This document shows positions 8,239 through 18,652 of a DNA stretch of 64,000 bases, one piece after another (position 1 is the first letter of the stretch; each line of letters starts with the position of its first letter). The stretch lies in contig CBFFRQ010000196.1 in assembly GCA_965644315.1 (NCBI GenBank), positions 1 through 64,000 on the forward strand. The letters run 5' to 3'. The stretch is from Caecitellus pseudoparvulus (Eukaryota > Protista > Bigyra: Bicosoecida). The translations under genes were made by a program, and so were the position numbers. The notes beneath the pieces are model-generated. The model was not told the DNA's origin. It saw nothing but the letters and a program-made list of their open reading frames with translations, and did not search any database.

Positions 8239-11174
8239 TTTCCAAATGTCAAGCTAATCACAAGTTGTGAAGTGCTAACATTGCCTAATCCAGGCGCTCG
8301 TGCACCCAAGTGTGGTGTTGCACAGTGCTTGCTGGTTGGGTGGTGCGCACCGGGGCGGGGTAGTGCGAATTCCGCACACCATCGCACCGTGGCTCCCAGT
8401 TTGCGCCCTCGGTCGGGGCATGCACCTGGGATCGACATCAAAAGCATCATTGACAAGCATCATGAACGCCCAAGTGGATCAAGTCCTGGGGGTCCTCTTC
8501 GTGGAGGGGTGCCTGAAGCGCAAGCAAGTGCTCGGCCCCAGAACAGGTGTCTTCACTGACATGCCACGTCGGGGTGCCGCACGCACCTTCGAGCTTGGAG
8601 GACCCCTGCCCAAGACTGATCATGATAGTTCATCTTCGGCACGGGACATGTGGCTCGAGGTCTATGGGGAAGCCGCCGAACGGCTGATCCCAGGGCTGAG
8701 TGCGGAATTCGGCAACGCCAATGCGGCCCTGCGCCAGGGACCCACCGGATCGCCAACCATCCTCGTCACGCTCGGAAGTGAGGGTGATTCACCAACAGTG
8801 GCACGTCAACTTCGCATTCTTGCTGCTCAAGAGGACGACTTCGCCATTCGAGTCGGCCAAGGTGGGTTCGTCGCCGTGGCCTACACCAACACCAAGCAGT
8901 TCGCATCGGCGAAGGCGAAAGTGAAGGTGAAGGCCCACCCCACCGCCATCCAAGTGGCCCACCAAGTGACCAAGGAAGCAACCGAAATCGCCTGCCAGTC
9001 AGGTGATGTTGCCAAGGTCATGTGCCTCGTTAGGTCCCACTTCGACCATGGCCCCGTGCCAGCCCAAGCCGTCCGTCCCAGTGTCAGACAATCCGTCCCC
9101 TCCGAGGGTGATGCACCTGTCGACACCAAGACACCATCGACCTGGACTGACACTCAGCTCGACAAGGCACCGAAGAAGAAGAAGACCCGTCGAGGCAAGC
9201 GAGGAAAGGGCAAGTCAGCCGGACGATCCCTCACCTTCGAGGACGTCTTCATCAAGAACGTCCGGCCACCTGCACCTCGACCAACCTCACCACCTGCCAC
9301 CCAAGGCTCACCCAAAGATACCGTCACCACCCCTGTGGTGCATGCCATGTTGCCTTCATCAAGGGTGCAGCGGGGCGTCGACCGCAAGTGGCCGTCCCCC
9401 ACCCCGTCGGGCGAGGCAAGCCCCGAGGTGCACCGGTATCGGCCGTCTGCAGCAGCAGCATGGGAGGTGATCACAAGGGTGGTGCCTCTTCATGACAGTG
9501 TGCGGACACCCGAGCACCTGGCCGAGTACCCCATCAAGCCTGGCCCTCTGGCCGACCTGCTGTCATCGACCCACGTGTACTCTAACGTGGGGGGGCGGGC
9601 CTGTGTCCAGGCCTGTCTCGAGACGGCAGCAGGGGAGAGGGTCTTCGAGGCTGGGGACCTCCTCCTACTCCAGCATGCAGCCACCATCAACGCTGCCCAG
9701 CTTGCCTTCAAGCACATGGTCAGGCAGCTGGAGGGGGTGGTCAGTGACTCGTCCAGCTCGGACATCATGGACGTCGGCCAGAAGCCACCCTCCCCCTTCC
9801 GCTCAGACGGGCAACGGGTGGCCGTCTTCCGCAACATGCTGCACCAGCACTCGCCGGATGACACCTTCCTGGCCCCAGGTACACCACCAGTCCTGCTTCC
9901 CGGCCTGCACCTGCTCATCGACCGCATCAACCAAGGGTACCGTGCCCCAGCCGGGCATGATGACCTTGGCCAGGCCGGCGTCGACCCCAGCCAGGTTGAT
10001 GAAGAGGGTGACCAAGAGGGGCACCTCGACGGAGTGCTGTATGCCTTCGCACTTCGAGAGGTGTGGACCGACAACACGGCCCATCTGCAGCTCATCCTCG
10101 TCGACCATGATCGAGGCAAGCTGGTGCTGTGGAACCCCGACATCCCTGACCTCCATGACGAGCTGCCCCTGCACAAGTGCATGACCCGGCTGGCAGCCGA
10201 AGGCATCAACGTCTTGTACCGGATCTGGACCACACCCGAGGCGGGCAGTCCAGCACCCTTCCGGGACAGGCTTCGAGGGGCACTCCAGTCTCTCCGAGAT
10301 GACTTCCCCCCCCTGCCTCACAAGGCCACCGACGGCACCGTGCACCCCCAGACCCTCATCGCTGGCAAGGGCACAAGGGTGGCCATGCCTCATGGGCGGA
10401 TGACCCGACAGCAGGCCGCCACCCTGGAGGCTGAGGTCAAGGACCCCCTCAAGCGGCTGGTGCCTGAAGACGGCGAGGGTCGCCTGCCCAAGGTCAAGGA
10501 TGTGCCCCACATCTCGATCGGGCAGATGGGTGGACGCCTGATGTAAGTCACCTGTGGGGGCATACTCCCTGTGCCACACATGACTGAAGCTTTGTGTCGC
10601 GACCGACGCACATAGCTGACATCGGACATTGGAAAGTCCAACCCAACCTCACCATCACCAACCCAACATCGATACCAACACATCAGGACTCGGCTCAGTG
10701 GAAGGGGAAGGCACTTGCAGCAAGATCTGTGAGGCCGCCCCCAAACCTGAGCCGAAGGGACAGCCGGGCTGGGTCGTGTGCTTGCATCTCAGCAACACCC
10801 AGTCCGTGTCGAGTCCATATCCTCCAGCCCACACCGCCACCCAAGCCAAGCAAGTCGGGTCTCCACCCCTGGACATCGGACCGAGACGGACGAGACTGGA
10901 CTGGACGGACAAGACAAGAGTGGACCGAGACCTGGACCTACACCTCAAGACCATCCCACCGGGGCGGGCGCTGAAGCGCCAAGACAGACGGCGACTTATA
11001 CAACGGACACGAGTCTGTGCTAGTCGCAAAGCCGTGCAAGCGGTGCCGTCGTGGTGTCTGTGTCACTGCATTCTGTTGTGGCGCAGGTGGCACCACATGT
11101 CCAAGCCCAAGCTGTACCATGATGTAGCCTGCATGGAGGCAATCTGCAATGCATTGAGTAGCTAACCCTAACCC
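8239..11174 (+). mobile_element. Element B1: non-autonomous relative of A (5' end + N-terminal-region ORF + 3' structured end; no APE/RT)
   Basis: The first ~90 nt are nearly identical to A's 5' end. The ORF is homologous to A up to the APE start. It ends gcattgagtagctaaccctaaccc. Confidence 0.92.
8462..10546 (+). CDS. 694-aa protein homologous to the pre-APE region of the element A polyprotein (ORF1-like plus putative cysteine protease)
   Basis: Shared blocks with A: QVLGVLF, PRTGVxTDMxRRGAARTFxLGG, IACxSGDVxK, KKKKTRRGKR, CVQACxETAAGE, PPVLLPGLHLL, HLQLI..LVLWNPD, GRxTRQQAA. Confidence 0.88.
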   Translation: MNAQVDQVLGVLFVEGCLKRKQVLGPRTGVFTDMPRRGAARTFELGGPLPKTDHDSSSSARDMWLEVYGEAAERLIPGLSAEFGNANAALRQGPTGSPTILVTLGSEGDSPTVARQLRILAAQEDDFAIRVGQGGFVAVAYTNTKQFASAKAKVKVKAHPTAIQVAHQVTKEATEIACQSGDVAKVMCLVRSHFDHGPVPAQAVRPSVRQSVPSEGDAPVDTKTPSTWTDTQLDKAPKKKKTRRGKRGKGKSAGRSLTFEDVFIKNVRPPAPRPTSPPATQGSPKDTVTTPVVHAMLPSSRVQRGVDRKWPSPTPSGEASPEVHRYRPSAAAAWEVITRVVPLHDSVRTPEHLAEYPIKPGPLADLLSSTHVYSNVGGRACVQACLETAAGERVFEAGDLLLLQHAATINAAQLAFKHMVRQLEGVVSDSSSSDIMDVGQKPPSPFRSDGQRVAVFRNMLHQHSPDDTFLAPGTPPVLLPGLHLLIDRINQGYRAPAGHDDLGQAGVDPSQVDEEGDQEGHLDGVLYAFALREVWTDNTAHLQLILVDHDRGKLVLWNPDIPDLHDELPLHKCMTRLAAEGINVLYRIWTTPEAGSPAPFRDRLRGALQSLRDDFPPLPHKATDGTVHPQTLIAGKGTRVAMPHGRMTRQQAATLEAEVKDPLKRLVPEDGEGRLPKVKDVPHISIGQMGGRLM

Positions 11175-11180
11175 AAAAAC

Positions 11181-14115
11181 TTTCCAAATGTCAAGCTAAT
11201 CACAAGTTGTGAAGTGCTAACATTGCCTAATCCAGGCGCTCGTGCACCCAAGTGTGGTGTTGCACAGTGCTTGCTGGTTGGGTGGTGCGCACCGGGGCGG
11301 GGTAGTGCGAATTCCGCACACCATCGCACCGTGGCTCCCAGTTTGCGCCCTCGGTCGGGGCATGCACCTGGGATCGACATCAAAAGCATCATTGACAAGC
11401 ATCATGAACGCCCAAGTGGATCAAGTCCTGGGGGTCCTCTTCGTGGAGGGGTGCCTGAAGCGCAAGCAAGTGCTCGGCCCCAGAACAGGTGTCTTCACTG
11501 ACATGCCACGTCGGGGTGCCGCACGCACCTTCGAGCTTGGAGGACCCCTGCCCAAGACTGATCATGATAGTTCATCTTCGGCACGGGACATGTGGCTCGA
11601 GGTCTATGGGGAAGCCGCCGAACGGCTGATCCCAGGGCTGAGTGCGGAATTCGGCAACGCCAATGCGGCCCTGCGCCAGGGACCCACCGGATCGCCAACC
11701 ATCCTCGTCACGCTCGGAAGTGAGGGTGATTCACCAACAGTGGCACGTCAACTTCGCATTCTTGCTGCTCAAGAGGACGACTTCGCCATTCGAGTCGGCC
11801 AAGGTGGGTTCGTCGCCGTGGCCTACACCAACACCAAGCAGTTCGCATCGGCGAAGGCGAAAGTGAAGGTGAAGGCCCACCCCACCGCCATCCAAGTGGC
11901 CCACCAAGTGACCAAGGAAGCAACCGAAATCGCCTGCCAGTCAGGTGATGTTGCCAAGGTCATGTGCCTCGTTAGGTCCCACTTCGACCATGGCCCCGTG
12001 CCAGCCCAAGCCGTCCGTCCCAGTGTCAGACAATCCGTCCCCTCCGAGGGTGATGCACCTGTCGACACCAAGACACCATCGACCTGGACTGACACTCAGC
12101 TCGACAAGGCACCGAAGAAGAAGAAGACCCGTCGAGGCAAGCGAGGAAAGGGCAAGTCAGCCGGACGATCCCTCACCTTCGAGGACGTCTTCATCAAGAA
12201 CGTCCGGCCACCTGCACCTCGACCAACCTCACCACCTGCCACCCAAGGCTCACCCAAAGATACCGTCACCACCCCTGTGGTGCATGCCATGTTGCCTTCA
12301 TCAAGGGTGCAGCGGGGCGTCGACCGCAAGTGGCCGTCCCCCACCCCGTCGGGCGAGGCAAGCCCCGAGGTGCACCGGTATCGGCCGTCTGCAGCAGCAG
12401 CATGGGAGGTGATCACAAGGGTGGTGCCTCTTCATGACAGTGTGCGGACACCCGAGCACCTGGCCGAGTACCCCATCAAGCCTGGCCCTCTGGCCGACCT
12501 GCTGTCATCGACCCACGTGTACTCTAACGTGGGGGGGCGGGCCTGTGTCCAGGCCTGTCTCGAGACGGCAGCAGGGGAGAGGGTCTTCGAGGCTGGGGAC
12601 CTCCTCCTACTCCAGCATGCAGCCACCATCAACGCTGCCCAGCTTGCCTTCAAGCACATGGTCAGGCAGCTGGAGGGGGTGGTCAGTGACTCGTCCAGCT
12701 CGGACATCATGGACGTCGGCCAGAAGCCACCCTCCCCCTTCCGCTCAGACGGGCAACGGGTGGCCGTCTTCCGCAACATGCTGCACCAGCACTCGCCGGA
12801 TGACACCTTCCTGGCCCCAGGTACACCACCAGTCCTGCTTCCCGGCCTGCACCTGCTCATCGACCGCATCAACCAAGGGTACCGTGCCCCAGCCGGGCAT
12901 GATGACCTTGGCCAGGCCGGCGTCGACCCCAGCCAGGTTGATGAAGAGGGTGACCAAGAGGGGCACCTCGACGGAGTGCTGTATGCCTTCGCACTTCGAG
13001 AGGTGTGGACCGACAACACGGCCCATCTGCAGCTCATCCTCGTCGACCATGATCGAGGCAAGCTGGTGCTGTGGAACCCCGACATCCCTGACCTCCATGA
13101 CGAGCTGCCCCTGCACAAGTGCATGACCCGGCTGGCAGCCGAAGGCATCAACGTCTTGTACCGGATCTGGACCACACCCGAGGCGGGCAGTCCAGCACCC
13201 TTCCGGGACAGGCTTCGAGGGGCACTCCAGTCTCTCCGAGATGACTTCCCCCCCCTGCCTCACAAGGCCACCGACGGCACCGTGCACCCCCAGACCCTCA
13301 TCGCTGGCAAGGGCACAAGGGTGGCCATGCCTCATGGGCGGATGACCCGACAGCAGGCCGCCACCCTGGAGGCTGAGGTCAAGGACCCCCTCAAGCGGCT
13401 GGTGCCTGAAGACGGCGAGGGTCGCCTGCCCAAGGTCAAGGATGTGCCCCACATCTCGATCGGGCAGATGGGTGGACGCCTGATGTAAGTCACCTGTGGG
13501 GGCATACTCCCTGTGCCACACATGACTGAAGCTTTGTGTCGCGACCGACGCACATAGCTGACATCGGACATTGGAAAGTCCAACCCAACCTCACCATCAC
13601 CAACCCAACATCGATACCAACACATCAGGACTCGGCTCAGTGGAAGGGGAAGGCACTTGCAGCAAGATCTGTGAGGCCGCCCCCAAACCTGAGCCGAAGG
13701 GACAGCCGGGCTGGGTCGTGTGCTTGCATCTCAGCAACACCCAGTCCGTGTCGAGTCCATATCCTCCAGCCCACACCGCCACCCAAGCCAAGCAAGTCGG
13801 GTCTCCACCCCTGGACATCGGACCGAGACGGACGAGACTGGACTGGACGGACAAGACAAGAGTGGACCGAGACCTGGACCTACACCTCAAGACCATCCCA
13901 CCGGGGCGGGCGCTGAAGCGCCAAGACAGACGGCGACTTATACAACGGACACGAGTCTGTGCTAGTCGCAAAGCCGTGCAAGCGGTGCCGTCGTGGTGTC
14001 TGTGTCACTGCATTCTGTTGTGGCGCAGGTGGCACCACATGTCCAAGCCCAAGCTGTACCATGATGTAGCCTGCATGGAGGCAATCTGCAATGCATTGAG
14101 TAGCTAACCCTAACC
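11181..14115 (+). mobile_element. Element B2: tandem copy of B1 (period 2942 bp)
   Basis: All ORFs in the track repeat identically at +2942. It ends gagtagctaaccctaacc. Confidence 0.92.
11404..13488 (+). CDS. Identical copy of the B1 694-aa protein
   Basis: Translation identical to 8462-10546. Confidence 0.88.
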   Translation: MNAQVDQVLGVLFVEGCLKRKQVLGPRTGVFTDMPRRGAARTFELGGPLPKTDHDSSSSARDMWLEVYGEAAERLIPGLSAEFGNANAALRQGPTGSPTILVTLGSEGDSPTVARQLRILAAQEDDFAIRVGQGGFVAVAYTNTKQFASAKAKVKVKAHPTAIQVAHQVTKEATEIACQSGDVAKVMCLVRSHFDHGPVPAQAVRPSVRQSVPSEGDAPVDTKTPSTWTDTQLDKAPKKKKTRRGKRGKGKSAGRSLTFEDVFIKNVRPPAPRPTSPPATQGSPKDTVTTPVVHAMLPSSRVQRGVDRKWPSPTPSGEASPEVHRYRPSAAAAWEVITRVVPLHDSVRTPEHLAEYPIKPGPLADLLSSTHVYSNVGGRACVQACLETAAGERVFEAGDLLLLQHAATINAAQLAFKHMVRQLEGVVSDSSSSDIMDVGQKPPSPFRSDGQRVAVFRNMLHQHSPDDTFLAPGTPPVLLPGLHLLIDRINQGYRAPAGHDDLGQAGVDPSQVDEEGDQEGHLDGVLYAFALREVWTDNTAHLQLILVDHDRGKLVLWNPDIPDLHDELPLHKCMTRLAAEGINVLYRIWTTPEAGSPAPFRDRLRGALQSLRDDFPPLPHKATDGTVHPQTLIAGKGTRVAMPHGRMTRQQAATLEAEVKDPLKRLVPEDGEGRLPKVKDVPHISIGQMGGRLM

Positions 14116-16074
14116 GCCACGGAGCGGCGGAAGCTCATCTGGCGATCCCGCTGGTTGAGGTCAGGGCAGTCCATGAAGGTCAAGGGGACACCCATCCAAC
14201 GCACGAGCACCTACTCGTACTTGGGTGTCCCCCTGTCTGAAACTATCAGCCGAACCCGACTGCTTGCCACGAGGCAGGCCACTCTGTCCTGCACTCGGGC
14301 TGGGTTCGGCTGCGGTGCCCTCCTCAGTAGTGCCTGGCTGAGTCCGATCCTGAAGCAGCGGATCGGCACTGCCTCCATCAACAGTGCCGCCGACTACATC
14401 TTGGCGTCCCAGGTCAGCAACTCGGTGCTGCCTTTGCGGGACGTCGATCGTGGACTCGCCATCGCCTTCAGCAAGGCCCAGCTGGGGATGCAAAGCTCGC
14501 TGGCACGCATGCACAACTATGCGAAGCTTGCTGTGTGCGGCGTCTTGCCAACACACATCCGGGCGACAAAACTCCGCAGCAACATCTTCATGAAGCTGCT
14601 GAAGAATGTCCAAGTGCCCACCCCCGTGGCCAAGGCGCTGTCCATCAGCCTGCGCCAAGCCCTGGACCTGCTCCCCTCCCCCCTGGACATGGCCGGCATC
14701 TTCCTGGCCAATGTCCGCCTCGACAGGCCAGGCGCCGGAGGCATCCCAGATCCATGGGCCTTACACGGTCTACTCGACCTCTGGCTCCTTGGATGCCTCC
14801 CTGACCGCGCACGCCTGGAGGCTGTGTGCCTGGAGCCGCCGCCTGACTCGGCCCCAGACGCACACGGGGTCGACATCACCGCTGGGATGGACCCCGCCCC
14901 CCCCAAGATCCAGCTGCTTGGACTCGCGGCGGCGGAGTCCTCGGATCTGTCCGCGGCCCCCCAGTTCCCGGACACCACCCCCTGGGCCACTCGGCAACGC
15001 GTCGTCGCCTCCTTCCTTCATGTGGCCCAGACGGTCAAGTGCAGTGCAGTTGGCTACACTCCCACGGGGGAGATGAAGGCCACCAGGCGTCCGAAGGAGT
15101 ACCACATCGGTGTGGGCGCTCGCTTCTTCGCCTGGCTGCACCCGATCCCTTCCTCTGTGAACCCAGTCTTCTGGGTCCACGAAGGCGATCAGGAGAGACG
15201 TGTGAAGGTGCACTTGTGGCAGACGCTTCAAGTGTTCAACGGGGATGACACCCCGACACTGTTCAGCGCCTGCCCCCTGTGCCACAGCGTCTCATGGTGC
15301 AGCCTGCAGGAGCACGTTCTCTTGGACTGCCCCCACCACGCCCTGGTCCCTGCGAGAAGGTCCGCCCTGTCCGAGGTGCGGACCTTCCTGTCCAGATCCA
15401 ATGATGCAGTGAGGGGGGTCATCAACTGCCAGTACCTTGAAGTACCCCCCTCACTGCTGGATGCCGTCGTCCACGCCGACGAAGGCCGCTTGTTGGGCCG
15501 CCCGTGTCGCCTGCTGCTGCTGCGACTGCTGCTGTGCGGCCAGTGGCCCCATCGGTGGGGCCAGCCCCCGGCACAGCAGCCTTGGAGTCCCGAGGCAGCC
15601 GCGGTCCTGAGTAACCCTCATGTCACTCTCCGCGGCTCCTCGGGTCCACTCCGCCCCCCCAAGTACTGGCGCGAGGCCCTGGTAGCCGCCACGGGCCTCG
15701 CGGTATCTGCGTGGGACGCGGTGGTGACGTGCATGCTCAGCCCTACCTCTCGTGCTGACCGTCACATCCAGAGGCACGCCCGGTACCTCTGGTGGGCGGC
15801 GCATGGACGAACGTGTCCTCTTCCAGGTTACTCGGCTCCTGATCCGAGTACTGTGAGGAAGCATGTGCGGGACGTGAAGACGCGGCGCTTCGAGCGCACT
15901 TACTTTCCTGTCAAGTCCCCTCGTCGGCCGCCTCGCTCCTTCACGAGGCAGGCCACCTTGCTCGACTTCAGGCTGGCACGGCCGGAAGTCCACGAGGAAC
16001 CTCCGGCACCGTCGATGTCATCCTCGGCGTCGTCCTCTGGGTCGTCCTTGAAGTGTCCATCTGACTCTGAGTAG
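14116..16074 (+). pseudogene. 5'-truncated but still open polyprotein C-terminal part (RT thumb, CCHC CPLC-x10-H-x4-C, PIP-like tail)
   Basis: Colinear with A: PLRDVDRG, PWALHxLLDLWLxGCxPD, VNPxFWV, LLLCGQWPHRWG, QRHAxYLWWA. Confidence 0.9.
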
Positions 16075-16922
16075 CGGGCGATGTGTGCAGGACGCGGCGC
16101 GAGGCGGTGCAAGCTTACGGCGTGGCGTGGTGACAACCACGGTCGTGCCTGAGCGAAGTGCGAGAGCAGGGTGATGTGATGTTCTTGATCGATGATGAAA
16201 CCTGTGGAAAGTTGGAGAATGTGGTGAAGAATATGCCCAGTATACTCACATGTTGGCTCGGGGTCCACGTGCAGCTCGAGATAGATTCCTGTGACGGAGC
16301 GCGCGGAATTTGGCAGGGTGAACACGCGGGCGCGCGGGGAAGCGTTGCAGGCGGGGCGCACCGGTCCTCTGGGCCTTGATTGATGAAGTGACTGGATAAT
16401 CTGTGAAGAAAGGGAGGTGTTCTTGGTGTTCTTGGTACGCGGGGGGGCGTTGTTCCGACGGTGCGCGCTGTACCACCGGCGTGGTGCAGTGCAACACCGT
16501 CGTGAAACGCCACCCGAAGGCGGCCACCGAGGCTCAGGACAGCGCGCAGTGGCCCCAGGCACACGTTCAGTGCCTGGCAAGGGCCAGGAGAAGCGGGGGG
16601 TTTCTGAATTATGAAACGAAGTGTGGACTTGGACGAAGCAGGAGTGGACCCGGCCCCCTCTGGCTCAGCCGACTGAGCCGAGAGGGCGCGGGAGGGACAG
16701 TTCAGCACGTATGGGCGGGCGCGGGCGCGCCCTAGCAAGCGGCGGCTTATACAACGGACGTATGTCCGTGATGGCTGCAGACCCACGAGAGTGGGAGCCG
16801 CTGTGGTGCCTACTACAGTGCATTCGTGTGCTGTGGTACGCAAGGCACCACGAGTGATGCCCAAGCTGTACCGTGCAAGAGTGTGCGGAGGCAAGTTGCA
16901 ATGCATTGAGTGAGCTAACCCC
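14116..16922 (+). mobile_element. Element D: 5'-truncated diverged family member (end of RT, C-terminal domain, 3' UTR)
   Basis: Begins in frame at ATERRKLIWRS (A: VSERKKLVWRS), just before YSYLG. It carries the shared 3' structured domain and ends gcattgagtgagctaacccc. Confidence 0.92.
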
Positions 16923-17197
16923 CCAAGAGACCGAGCTCTGGCCCCCTTGCGGGCATGTGGACCTTCTTTCGAAGGGGCGGGCGTTGAAACGCCCTAGCGA
17001 AGCGGCGGCTTATACAACGGACTCACGTCTGTGCTGGCTGCAGATCCATTTACATGGTAGCCGCTGTGGTGTACACCGGAGCGCACTCGTGTGCGACGGT
17101 GAGCAGGACACCACGTGTGATGCCCCAGCTGCACCGCGCCTGTGGCAAGCGTGGAAGCGAATTGCAATGCATTGACTGTCTAACCCCTAACCCCTAA
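16923..17197 (+). mobile_element. Element E: ~270-bp 3'-terminal remnant of a fourth subfamily, ending in ctaacccctaacccctaa
   Basis: Contains gccctagc..agcggcggcttatacaacggac..tgcaatgcattga, homologous to the 3' ends of A, B and D. Confidence 0.88.
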
Positions 17198-17849
17198 ACA
17201 GCGGGTCCCGCGCACTGCCTCCATCGTTGTGGGCGGTGTGTGTGGAGGGCGGGCTGTCACACTGCACGGCCTTGCCGCCCACCACCTCCACGCCACCCAC
17301 GAGCAGGGTGGACTTGCCGACCAAGCGAGCAGTGCGCTGGGCGAGGTGGGGCGGGATGGTGTTGCGGGAGCTGGGCGGCGTCGTGGCGTGCAGCCCCACC
17401 GCCGTGAACAGCAGCACCGGCGCCAGAGCCGTGCCCTGCTCCCTGCTCAGTGCCCCGTCTGCCAGTTGCAAACAGGCTGCCCGGGCCAGGGCGAACAGGC
17501 GCTCATCCCCAGCCAGCCACGCCGCCACGCCAGGCGGTGGGGGGCAGCTCCCCACACTCGCCACTGCCACGGTGTTCAGGACGGCGCCCAACCACCTGAC
17601 TGCCGGCTCCCGTACCTGCCACTCTCGCCGTCGCGGTTGAACACAACGATGCTGTCTCCAGCCGCCCCCGCTACACGTTTGCCCTGCGAAAGTCGCCGTG
17701 GAAGGTGCAAATATGGTTGCCACGTCGGCTGCGCCGGCACGCACGTCCTCTGACACTGCCACGTGCGTGATGAAGGTGCTGCCCGAGAGGAAGGCAGTGC
17801 CTTTCGCCAGCTCCACTTCGTTAGTGCCAGTGTTCTCCACGTGCACCAT
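17197..17849 (-). pseudogene. Broken distal copy of the UTP20-like fragment, truncated at the retroelement/telomere-repeat junction
   Basis: Matches 21742-22397, but the frame stops after ARDPLF where the intact copy continues WLLQRLS. Confidence 0.8.
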
Positions 17850-18652
17850 GGTCTGGGGAGCAAGGCAGCGGCGGTTGCGGAATTTGCACGCCACTCGCAG
17901 CCGTCGAATGCCCGCCTGCGCACCAGAGCATTCTCAACGCCAGTCTTGGAGCTGTCACCGCCTGAAACAGCCAGAGTACCACCTGCGAGGGGCACCAGTT
18001 GGAAGACGGGTGCCCCCATGGAGGCGCTGGACAGCGCCATGCCTTTGTTGTGGCTTGTGAGAGAGCAATCGCCACCACGCCAATGAATATCGTGTGGGCA
18101 AGGAAGGGTGACGGAGCCACACTGCCAGACACGACAAGGCCGCAACCCTTACACACAAAAGTGCGGGCACAGCAAAGCGGGCGGTTTTGCCCCGTCCACT
18201 GCAGTGTATGGACAGCGCTGCTCGGAGCGCACCAGTCCACCCCCTCCATCGCACTCCGCGCCTTGGCGCAGCTCCCGTCAGCACTCGAACGGGGATCTTT
18301 CGGATGTCCAGATAGCTAGTTCCGCACCTTTCGTGCTGGGATGATGCGCACCGCATCGAGCGGAGCGGGACACCCTTCATATGTCTTGCACCAAATTGCT
18401 CCTCATCCATTTCCCACTCTTACTTGTGGGTTCATTGGGCATCCGGACATCAGCGTGCATTGTGCCTTGTCTCCGCTCCTGGCCGCCACAGGTGAGCGTG
18501 CTCTGGTGCAAGTGCGGAAGTTGCTCCCTCGTACACGTCAGATGCGACAACGCCTCCCCGCCACACCAATGCACCTGCCTACTGCCTACACCCCACAGGA
18601 GCTTGCTGCATAGCACTGCCACACTTGGCAAGACCCCCTACCATCCATCGCC

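Noticed and set aside
8239-14115. LTRs or LTR/DIRS-type element
   Set aside because: The repeats are whole tandem units with telomeric junctions; no integrase, tyrosine recombinase or PBS is present.
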